Below are positions 1-8,159 of a stretch of DNA of 32,000 nt, piece by piece. The position numbers and the translations under genes were made by a program. How positions within the stretch are numbered: the first letter of the stretch is position 1; each line of letters opens with the position of its first letter. A model generated the notes under the pieces. That model searched no databases and had not been told where the DNA came from. It saw only the letters and a program-made list of their open reading frames with translations. Source of the stretch: an uncultured archaeon (lineage in GTDB: Archaea; Asgardarchaeota; Jordiarchaeia; Jordiarchaeales; Jordiarchaeaceae); NCBI GenBank assembly GCA_964510585.1, contig CAZECW010000033.1, positions 19,632 to 51,631 of the forward strand, given 5' to 3'.

Positions 1-154
1 CCTCTGCTGCTTCCTTTGGAATATTCCCAAGAGCCGCATGTGCCCTCGCTAGGGCCGCTTCTACATCAAGCCATTTTTGAAGTTTATTCTCTTCTGTAAA
101 AACCTGCTTCATTTCAGGTGTATAATATCTATACTCTATGGGGTGCACCGACAT
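1..154 (-). CDS. purB: Adenylosuccinate lyase, 5' part (runs off the window start; not in the ORF track)
   Basis: Manual translation from ATG at 154: MSVHPIEYRYYTPEMKQVFTEENKLQKWLDVEAALARAHAALGNIPKEAAE, the typical archaeal PurB N-terminus; SD-like GAGGTGTGAGG upstream. Confidence 0.9.
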   Translation of the reverse strand, partial: MSVHPIEYRYYTPEMKQVFTEENKLQKWLDVEAALARAHAALGNIPKEAAE

Positions 155-334
155 TCCTCACACCTCAAAGCCCATCTATATTTTCTTAAGAGATAGAAAA
201 TATTAAAAGGGTATTCCTTCCACTGTTAAAGACCGCTAAATATTCATCACACCAATAATTCTACTCAAGTGCCAAAATTTTAATTTCAAATATTTGTAAA
301 CTTTTAATTGTTTAAAGGAGTTAGGTGAAGCAAG

Positions 335-1489
335 TTGCGTGGATTCGACGAAGATCTTTTAATGATTCCGGGTCCTACATTTGTCCCAGACAGTACACTT
401 AGGGCTATGTCTCGCCAAATGATTAATCATAGGGGAAAAAAGTTTGGTGAGATGCTTACAGAGTGCACAGAGAATTTAAAGAAAGTTTTTAGAACTAAAA
501 ACGACCTCTTCATACTAACATGCTCGGGTACTGGGGCAATGGAAGCCGCTATCAGTAACATAATAGAAGATGGAGATAAAGTACTCTGTCCAGTATACGG
601 CAAATTTAGTGAGAGGTTCAAACTAATTGTGGAAGCCTTCGGGGGAAAACCCATCGAGTTATCTGTGGAGTGGGGAGACATTCCACAACCAGAGCTAATT
701 GAAGAGGCTCTAGATAGGGAAAAAAATGTTAAGGCTGTAACAATAACCCAAAACGAAACATCGACCGGAGTAAGAGTTCCGCTTGAAGATATAAGTAAGA
801 TTGTGAAAAGGCATAACGCATTATTAGTTGTGGATACAATTTCAAGTATGGGCGGCGACTACGTTCCAGTTGACGATTTGAAAATCGACCTCTGTGTTTC
901 AGGTTCACAGAAGTGCTTTTCACTCCCACCCGGTTTAGCCTTCATCTCAGTATCCGAAGAAGCTTGGGAGGTAATTAGAAGTACAAAAAGGAGGGCGTTC
1001 TACTTTAGCCTACCAGCATACCTAGAAAGCTATAAGAAGAATCCTCCAGAGCAACCCTACACACCCGCCTTAACATTCTATTATGCCCTACAAAATTCTC
1101 TAAGACTACTACTAGAAGAGGGACTGGATAATGTAATCTCCCGCCACCGAAAAGTAGCCCAAGCCACCAGAGAAGCCATAAAAGCACTAGAATTGGAACT
1201 CTTCCCAAAGAGAGAGGAGAACTGCTCAGTGACAGTAACTGCGGTGCGAATCCCTAACGGCGTATCGGACAAGGATTTACGAGAACATATGCAGAAGGAG
1301 TACGGTATCCTCATATCAGGTGGACAGTCCAAGTTAAAAGGAAAAATCTTCAGAATAGGACATATGGGATGCGTAACTGATAAAGAGATACTAACAACCA
1401 TATACGCACTAGAACAGTCACTTAAAAAGCTAGGTCAAAGTGTAGAAATCGGAGCAGGACTAGAGGCGGCAATTAAAGTATTTAAGTAA
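335..1489 (+). CDS. Class V PLP-dependent aminotransferase (alanine-glyoxylate / serine-pyruvate type)
   Basis: LMIPGPT start, SGTGAMEAA, NETSTGV, VDTISS and SGSQKC (PLP lysine), FRIGHMG near the C-terminus; TTG start after GGAGTTAGGTGA. Confidence 0.92.
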   Translation: MRGFDEDLLMIPGPTFVPDSTLRAMSRQMINHRGKKFGEMLTECTENLKKVFRTKNDLFILTCSGTGAMEAAISNIIEDGDKVLCPVYGKFSERFKLIVEAFGGKPIELSVEWGDIPQPELIEEALDREKNVKAVTITQNETSTGVRVPLEDISKIVKRHNALLVVDTISSMGGDYVPVDDLKIDLCVSGSQKCFSLPPGLAFISVSEEAWEVIRSTKRRAFYFSLPAYLESYKKNPPEQPYTPALTFYYALQNSLRLLLEEGLDNVISRHRKVAQATREAIKALELELFPKREENCSVTVTAVRIPNGVSDKDLREHMQKEYGILISGGQSKLKGKIFRIGHMGCVTDKEILTTIYALEQSLKKLGQSVEIGAGLEAAIKVFK

Positions 1490-1817
1490 TCCTTTATTGA
1501 GCTATTTTACTTAGTATGCTATTACTTTTTTATCTTAAGAGGCAAAATTGGCTCAAGAAATAATTTTAAAAAAGTTCCGTCCAGATTTAATCAGTTGAAA
1601 TTTTTGAAACGTTTAAAACTCCTTTAACTCAGGGAAGGTGGTAAATAGGTAAAAGGGGAAATGGTTTAAACCTTCTAATCAGTTATTTATCGTTAAAAAC
1701 GGATTTAATATAACATCATTTTAGATGTGAGTATGATTGGAGCCTGATACCTAAAGTTTTGAGTGACTCTTAATAGAGAATTTAGGAAATTAAGCATAGC
1801 GGTATTCTTTGAATTGC

Positions 1818-2201
1818 TCAGCTTTCTTTTTCTGTTTCTCTTGCTATTTCTTTAAAGAGCAGCCTTCTACCCTCTCGAGTGGGTATTACTTTGTTTCCTT
1901 GGACTTTAACCAGTCCCTTCCTCGCCATTAGTACAACTTCTTGTTCTATTTGCCATGGTTCAGCGTCCAGATATTTTGCTATTTGCTCGATGGTTTCTCT
2001 GTATCTTAGGCTTTCAAGAATGTTCCGATGGGATACCTTTTCGCCTGTTCTTTCTCTCTGAATTAATCCGCAAACGCTACAGACTCTTAATTTGCGGGAA
2101 GAATCGTAAAGAACTGAGCCACCACAAGCATCACATTTCTGATCTGTTTGTTGTGTACCATACCATTTTCCAGATGACCGTATGGAATCTTTCTTCGACA
2201 T
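1818..2201 (-). CDS. Small protein with TFIIB-type Zn ribbon (CDAC...CSVC) and C-terminal winged-helix-like segment; putative DNA-binding regulator
   Basis: Start moved from 2231 to ATG 2201, which follows SD TGAGGTG. Two CxxC pairs, then TIEQIAKYLDAEPWQIEQEVVLMARKGLVKVQGNKVIPTREG, an HTH plus wing pattern. Confidence 0.7.
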   Translation of the reverse strand: MSKKDSIRSSGKWYGTQQTDQKCDACGGSVLYDSSRKLRVCSVCGLIQRERTGEKVSHRNILESLRYRETIEQIAKYLDAEPWQIEQEVVLMARKGLVKVQGNKVIPTREGRRLLFKEIARETEKES

Positions 2202-2462
2202 ATAACAACACCTCATAAGAAATACAAACATTCAAATTATTATTCATTATTATATATCAAAAATTTTAATATTATATATTATTAGTTATTAATTAAAATT
2301 TATGTAAATATAGTAAAGGTAAGATTTTTTCTCAATTTTAAGAAATGGTGTAATGGAAAGAAAAATAAGGCTTAAGGTTTCCATAGATGTGTGTAGCATG
2401 TATTAGGACAGCGGGTAGAAGGAAAATAGAGTAATCTAGATTATTTAAAGATTGCATTTTTT

Positions 2463-3125
2463 ATGGGTATAATGTCAAAGGTGAAGATAGTGAGCAGGAA
2501 GAAGTTAATTAAAGAAGTCATAGCAGCCGTGAGTGTTGCTCTCCTACTTGGAGGAATTGTGGCCGCCCCTGCGGCAACAGTCTTAACGCTGTATTTTCCA
2601 GAGGTGGACCTGATGCCAATATCATATGGCGAAAGTTATAACTTTACAAGAGTCTGGATAGTGCTTCCAGGGCAAATGAACTGGATAGGGATTTATCTGG
2701 GTTACGGTGAAAGTATGGTCGGCGTATATACTTCAAACCTAAGAATTAATGCATACGTTATGGATGTTTTCAACTTCTTTCACTACTTACAGGGAGCCAC
2801 ATTTTTCACGCCAATAATGAAGGGGCAACCGTCAGAGTTTTCACTCTTCGGCTACACCGCTGCAATCCCTGGATATTATTACTTAGTTGTTGAGAACTAT
2901 TCCCCGTACCCTGCTTTAGTAGTCGTTGATGGACAAAAAGTATCTACTGCAGTAATTCCGGTAACCAGCTTTAAGCATAATTTGTCTCAGTTACTACTAA
3001 AAATAGCCTTAGTAGGTGCATCGATTGGCTTTTTAATGTATCTACCCATAAGAATTTTAAAGTTTAGGCAATCCAAAAAAGAAATCAAAAGAAAAGAAAC
3101 TAAAAAGTCCCAAAATAGGAAGTAA
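2463..3125 (+). CDS. Membrane protein: N-terminal TM/signal, beta-rich (GOLD/p24-like) domain, C-terminal TM, basic tail
   Basis: Hydrophobic VIAAVSVALLLGGIVAAPAATVL and LLLKIALVGASIGFLMYLPI; central INAYVMDVFNFFHYLQG...PGYYYLVVEN; Lys-rich tail. The GOLD assignment is pattern inference only. Confidence 0.7.
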   Translation: MGIMSKVKIVSRKKLIKEVIAAVSVALLLGGIVAAPAATVLTLYFPEVDLMPISYGESYNFTRVWIVLPGQMNWIGIYLGYGESMVGVYTSNLRINAYVMDVFNFFHYLQGATFFTPIMKGQPSEFSLFGYTAAIPGYYYLVVENYSPYPALVVVDGQKVSTAVIPVTSFKHNLSQLLLKIALVGASIGFLMYLPIRILKFRQSKKEIKRKETKKSQNRK

Positions 3126-3387
3126 TAACGTTAAAAAGAGGACATATTAGCCCTCCATATTTTGCTATAAAAACATGTTTTCGTTCTTTGTCTAAGAAGC
3201 GCAGCTTATGTACGTTTTTATAAAAAACCCCTTTTCCTAATTTTGTTGGGAAGCCCTTTAACCAGTAGTGCTTTACCATTAAAAGATTTTTCAGTTTTAC
3301 TCAATTTAGTTTTAGTACAGCTGCGCTTTTAACAGAAAAATTTTGTAGGATCCAATTTTTGGGTTATGAGACAGTTTACCACAGGTT

Positions 3388-3395
3388 TTTATATA
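3388..3395 (+). promoter_or_regulatory. TATA box of the gelsolin-like gene
   Basis: TTTATATA about 43 nt upstream of ATG 3438, with SD GGGGTGA in between. Confidence 0.55.
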
Positions 3396-3437
3396 TAAAA
3401 AAGAGTAATTCTTACTAGATGTTTAAGGGGTGATTTT

Positions 3438-3989
3438 ATGTCAGTAGGGGTTGAAGCTTTTCAGATAAGAGATGATGGAGAATTAATACCTGTGCCTTTA
3501 GATTACACGAATCTATCTAGGGCTTTGATCGTCGTTGACCATAATAGAAAAAATATCTGGTTTTGGAAAGAATCGGAGGATCTTCCAAAGCTTTTGAAAG
3601 TTGTTGGTTCAAGGATAGCAAACTCTCTGAAAATGAAATATGGCTTGAATTACTCTACAAAGGAGATAGTAGGAAAAAAGGAACCAGAAAAATTTCTTAT
3701 ATTATTTGAGAATTTACCCTCCAGAAAGGATTCAAAGGAAAAATCCGCTGAGAGGAAAGCAGAATTTGCACAAACACAATCCATAGCAGCTAAGATGCCC
3801 AAACAGCCAAAAATAAGTGAAAGGGAAAGGATAGAAATTCAATCTGTACAAAGGCAAATTGCAAAAGGCTTTTCAGAAATACCTATTTCAGTTAACATAA
3901 ATATCAACTTGGAAAATCTTGACAGTTTTGATGAGAAGAAACTAGAAGATTTGATCAGAAGGGTCAGAGAAGTATTAGACAAACTATAA
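3438..3989 (+). CDS. Asgard-type single-domain gelsolin-like protein with low-complexity linker and C-terminal helix
   Basis: FQIRDDGELIPV...ALIVVDHNRKNIWFWK...SRIANSLK...EIVGKKEPEKFLILF follows the gelsolin repeat pattern (D-x-x-x-x-I-W-x-W, then A..L helix, then EP..F..LF). Confidence 0.65.
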   Translation: MSVGVEAFQIRDDGELIPVPLDYTNLSRALIVVDHNRKNIWFWKESEDLPKLLKVVGSRIANSLKMKYGLNYSTKEIVGKKEPEKFLILFENLPSRKDSKEKSAERKAEFAQTQSIAAKMPKQPKISERERIEIQSVQRQIAKGFSEIPISVNININLENLDSFDEKKLEDLIRRVREVLDKL

Positions 3990-4035
3990 CTGGCACCATT
4001 TGTTAAATATTCAGGAAAAGAATTCGTCTATTAAC

Positions 4036-5229
4036 TTATTTCTTTATGTTTTCGAGTACAAATTGGAGAGTACTTTTCGCCGTCTGTCTTACACTATCGT
4101 CTTTGTCTTCGTTGGCAAGTATTTCAATTTTGGGTAAAATTGTTTTCACAACTTGGGGCGAGTTTCCAGCTATCCATCCTAGAGACTTAACTGCATTTTT
4201 GCGAATTAATGCCTTTTTATCTTCCAAGACTTTTGTCAATTCGTTTACTATTTCTTCAATTAAGGGCTGTGTTTCTTTGGGATTGTTGCCTGTAATCCAG
4301 CCTATGCCAAGGATTGCTAATTCTTTTATATTTTCATTATCTGAATTTAGGAGCTGCTTTAGGTTGTTAAGGATAACATTGGTTGTTTTAGGATTGCTGT
4401 TTCCTATATATCCCAGCGTTGTGACTGCATTCCAAATTATCAGTTCATCTTCTTTCTCCACAACACTAGATACACTTGAAATAATTTCATTTATCAATTC
4501 CACTTTTCTTTTAGTTAATAAGACTAAAGCCTCTGATGCACTACCCTTAACAAGAGGGTCAGGATCCTTGACCGCCATAAAAGCAAGATCAGATACAATA
4601 TTCTCAATACTTTCAGGCTTCTTATAACCTATGGAAACCAATGCTTCCGTAGCATTAGATCTAACATAGTCGAGGCCATCATTTTTAGCCAATTTTAATA
4701 AAATTGGAATGTATTTCTCAACTATTTCGGGGTTAGAGCTTCCTATCCAGCCAATTGCCACCACAGAGGTCGTTTTCATCATTGTATTCTTAGAATCCAA
4801 ATATTTAATTAGGTTTGGGATTAGGCTTTCAATAGCTTGGGGATTGTTACTACCAATCCAGCCCAAAACCAGTATGGTGTTCCACTTGCAATCAATATCC
4901 GATTTTTCTAGTGACTCAAATATTTTAGGTGTTAATTTTTGGAATTGTTCCGTGAAGCTCAAACTGAGAAGCCCTAGAACTTCTGTTGCGTTTGCTCTAA
5001 CATAGGTGGAGTTATCAGTGATAGCTAGATTGAGAATGTGTGGTAAAACTTTTTCTACTAATTTTGGGAACTTTTCTGCGGAGGAGTTAACAGCCCACAA
5101 AGCAGCGGTTCTAGTTTCTGAATGTTTATCCTTAAATAGGGATATAAGCATATCAGATGCTTTTTCGACCTTATTTTCTAATAAGAGGTTTACCACAGTT
5201 TTGAAAGCTTCTTCACTCAATTTCTTCAC
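4036..5229 (-). CDS. HEAT/ARM-repeat alpha-solenoid protein (about 9-10 repeats)
   Basis: Recurring ~38-aa units such as VRxNAxExLG and LGWIGSNNP/IGWIGSSNP/LGYIGNSNP/LGWIAGNSP. Confidence 0.9.
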   Translation of the reverse strand: MKKLSEEAFKTVVNLLLENKVEKASDMLISLFKDKHSETRTAALWAVNSSAEKFPKLVEKVLPHILNLAITDNSTYVRANATEVLGLLSLSFTEQFQKLTPKIFESLEKSDIDCKWNTILVLGWIGSNNPQAIESLIPNLIKYLDSKNTMMKTTSVVAIGWIGSSNPEIVEKYIPILLKLAKNDGLDYVRSNATEALVSIGYKKPESIENIVSDLAFMAVKDPDPLVKGSASEALVLLTKRKVELINEIISSVSSVVEKEDELIIWNAVTTLGYIGNSNPKTTNVILNNLKQLLNSDNENIKELAILGIGWITGNNPKETQPLIEEIVNELTKVLEDKKALIRKNAVKSLGWIAGNSPQVVKTILPKIEILANEDKDDSVRQTAKSTLQFVLENIKK

Positions 5230-5470
5230 TTCTAGCCTTTTTTTAAGAGAAGCCTAAGACACTACTTATGAGCCAAAGATATTAAGTTCACATTGAAAAT
5301 TTTATCTCATAGAAAGAAATTAATATTTACCTTTTAACTTATTTGATTCATTTAGATGTTCAAGGAAATACCCTTTACCAAATTTAAATAAAGGACATAA
5401 AGTTGTTTCTAGGAAGGACGGGGAATATATTTTATTACGGATATAAAGGTTTTAGCAATAGTCAATAAAA

Positions 5471-5491
5471 TTATGTAGTAAAACTACATAA
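5471..5491. promoter_or_regulatory. Perfect 9-bp inverted repeat (candidate operator) in the divergent HEAT/roadblock promoter region
   Basis: TTATGTAGT-AAA-ACTACATAA. Confidence 0.5.
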
Positions 5492-5603
5492 AATTTAAAT
5501 AGTTAATGTTCTATACTTTATGTAAATAACACCAAAAAATTTGCGGAGTTTAAATACCATAAATTATAAGAAAATTCTAGACGAGTACCATTGAGGTGAG
5601 AAA

Positions 5604-5966
5604 ATGGCAACTTCAGCTGATTTAAAAGCAGAGTCCACCAAATTCAACAACACCCTTGAGGAATTACAGTTCTCAAGCGGATTAGACGTTGTTATTACGG
5701 ATATGGACGGAAAAATTAAAGCTAGTAAATTAAGATATGGAAGGGTAGAGGGAATAGGATCAATAATTCTGGAAAGCCTCGAAAAAAACAGGAAAATATC
5801 AGAAACCTTCTCTACGGATAGAATTGAGGATTTTATAGTCCACGGTAAGAAAGGTTACACGGTAGTGAAAATAACTGAATCTAATATTTTTGTTATTTCT
5901 GGACTGAAGGAGCACCAGCTCGGCTTAGCATTGTATAAGCTGAGACAAATAGCCGGTAATGTATAA
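5604..5966 (+). CDS. Roadblock/LC7-like protein (divergent)
   Basis: 120 aa; VVITDMDGKIKAS...IEDFIVHGKKGYTVV...IFVIS...LGLALYKLRQIA; SD GAGGTGA. Confidence 0.75.
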   Translation: MATSADLKAESTKFNNTLEELQFSSGLDVVITDMDGKIKASKLRYGRVEGIGSIILESLEKNRKISETFSTDRIEDFIVHGKKGYTVVKITESNIFVISGLKEHQLGLALYKLRQIAGNV

Positions 5967-6133
5967 TAAGGTATAGAATTCATTTTAATTTGTTGGCTTT
6001 TAGGTTTCGTCATTGACGTGTTCTGCACAATGTAGCGGAGAATTACCATTTTCGTTGCAAAAAGGGTACTTTAAGGGAGAAGGAAAGTCTGTGAGGCTCA
6101 AAGAGTAGGTATGACTTTAACTGGTTAAGTGGT

Positions 6134-6514
6134 TCAAATCTGTGCTAGGATTTCTTGAATTTTTTCGCTTGCCCTTCTCATTTCGAGGAGTACGAGGCCT
6201 AAATTTGAGTCGGAGTTCGTTATTGCAGATAATAGTGCTGAGTCTCCTACTCCGCATATGACAACGTCTCCCTTGGATCCACTTATTATTACCTTGCTGA
6301 GTTCGCCTCTTTTTAACTCATTAACCGTTCTGTTGCCGATGTTTAGAACCGCTGCACCCATGGCGCCAATAATTCCCTCATCAGAGTCTTTGGGTAGTGA
6401 CGAGGCTAGAACGAGGCCGTCATTTCGCACTATTGCAGAAGCGATGATTTGTGGATCGGCGCGACTCATTTCTCTTAAAGTAGATTCTAATTCTAGGCGC
6501 CATTTTTTGGACAA
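6134..6514 (-). CDS. Roadblock/LC7 (MglB/LAMTOR-like) protein
   Basis: IIASAIVRNDGLVLAS...IGAMGAAVL...ELKRGELSKVIISGSKGDVVI...NLGLVLLEMRRA, the canonical roadblock signature; SD GGAGGA before TTG. Confidence 0.92.
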   Translation of the reverse strand: MSKKWRLELESTLREMSRADPQIIASAIVRNDGLVLASSLPKDSDEGIIGAMGAAVLNIGNRTVNELKRGELSKVIISGSKGDVVICGVGDSALLSAITNSDSNLGLVLLEMRRASEKIQEILAQI

Positions 6515-6816
6515 TAAAAAATCCTCCAGAGTACTTCTGCTTGGATTAAGATTTGGTATTCTTAAATTTAAAAAGTTTCCCTTTTAGTAGGGTAGTTCTT
6601 AAGTAGATTGGTTTCTTGGTTCAGCATTGCCAAAAGTGGAGAATTTTTTTCTCCCTAGAATAAAAAGGTAGAATAAGAGGATAAAGGCCCAGAAACGAAA
6701 TAATGTTAATACTTTTGGGTGGGTAATTTTTATAGTGTTATGTTGACCTTTTTAAAGGATAGACGAAATAATTTAATTGTATCAAACAATTCTTGGTTTG
6801 TAGAGGCGGTCTTCTA

Positions 6817-8157
6817 GTGATTAGATTAAGTTATGATAGGGGAACTATTCTGATTCGTGGAGGTAGGGTTCCAAATGCGTATTGGGACTCTCGTTTAAAT
6901 GCTTATAGAGCTTTAGCAGTTTACTATTCGGATATTGTGGATTATTTGAAGCGTTCAAGAATTGATTTTTCGGACAACGTTTTAGATTTGGTTCCCTGCC
7001 CTGTTTTTAGCTCTACCATTCAGCTCCGAGACTACCAGGAGGATGCTTTAAACGCTTGGCTTAAGGCTGGTAAAAGGGGAGTTATAGTCTTGCCCACAGG
7101 TGCAGGCAAAACCATTATTGCTCTGAAGGCAATATCTATACTTGGCGAACCCACATTAATTGTTGTTCCAACCCTGGATTTAATGGATCAGTGGCGTTCT
7201 CAATTAACTGATGAGTTCAAAATAAAGATTGGAAGCTATGGGGGTGGAGTTCATGAACTGGAACCCATTACGGTTGCCACTTATGACACTGCATATTTGC
7301 GGGCTGAGGAATTGGGAAACCGGTTTACCTTCGTCATATTTGATGAGGTACATCACTTACCTGCACCGGGCTACGCAAACATAGGTGAAATGTTGGTAGC
7401 GCCCTATCGTATGGGACTTACTGCCACCTATGAAAGAGAAGACGGATTGCATTCAGAATTAGATAGGCTTGTAGGTGGAAAAATTTTCGAATTAACTATT
7501 GGTGAATTGGCTGGTAAACACTTAGCGGACTTTGTCTTGGAGAAAATAGTTGTGGAGTTAACACCAGAAGAAAAGGAGGAGTACGAGAAGGTGTACAAAA
7601 TTTATTTGGATTACTTAGCCTCAACTAATATATCTTTAAAATCTCCAAAAGACTTTAGGAAACTGGTGATGAGGAGCGGTAGGGATCCAAGGGCTAGGGA
7701 AGCCCTACTTGCCAGACACCGCGCCCGAGTGATAGCTTTGAATGCCTCTTCAAAATTAAAGGTGTTGGGAGATATTTTAAGAAAACATGTTGGAGAGAGA
7801 ATACTGATTTTTACTGAGTATAATGATTTGGTCTATGCGATATCTCGGAGATTTCTCATTCCTTCCATTACGCATAAGACACCCAAAAACGAAAGAGTTG
7901 AAAATCTAGATAAATTTAGAAGGGGCAAGTACAATATTCTTGTCACTTCCAAGGTTTTGGATGAGGGTGTCGATGTTCCTGAGGCAAGTGTGGGAATAAT
8001 CCTAAGTGGAACTGGTAGCAAGAGAGAGTTTGTACAGAGGTTAGGAAGAATTCTCAGGAAAAAAGGGAATAAGTCCGCTGTGCTTTATGAAATAATTACA
8101 AAAGCCACCTCTGAAGTAGCTATATCTAGAAGGAGGAGAACTGCCTTAGAGGCTTAG
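6817..8157 (+). CDS. xpb: XPB/Rad25-type SF2 DNA repair helicase
   Basis: LRDYQ, LPTGAGKT, DEVHH, LTAT, LDEGVDVP, QRLGRILR motifs; probable GTG start at 6817 (ORF track 6793); directly upstream of Bax1. Confidence 0.92.
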   Translation: MIRLSYDRGTILIRGGRVPNAYWDSRLNAYRALAVYYSDIVDYLKRSRIDFSDNVLDLVPCPVFSSTIQLRDYQEDALNAWLKAGKRGVIVLPTGAGKTIIALKAISILGEPTLIVVPTLDLMDQWRSQLTDEFKIKIGSYGGGVHELEPITVATYDTAYLRAEELGNRFTFVIFDEVHHLPAPGYANIGEMLVAPYRMGLTATYEREDGLHSELDRLVGGKIFELTIGELAGKHLADFVLEKIVVELTPEEKEEYEKVYKIYLDYLASTNISLKSPKDFRKLVMRSGRDPRAREALLARHRARVIALNASSKLKVLGDILRKHVGERILIFTEYNDLVYAISRRFLIPSITHKTPKNERVENLDKFRRGKYNILVTSKVLDEGVDVPEASVGIILSGTGSKREFVQRLGRILRKKGNKSAVLYEIITKATSEVAISRRRRTALEA

Positions 8158-8159
8158 TT

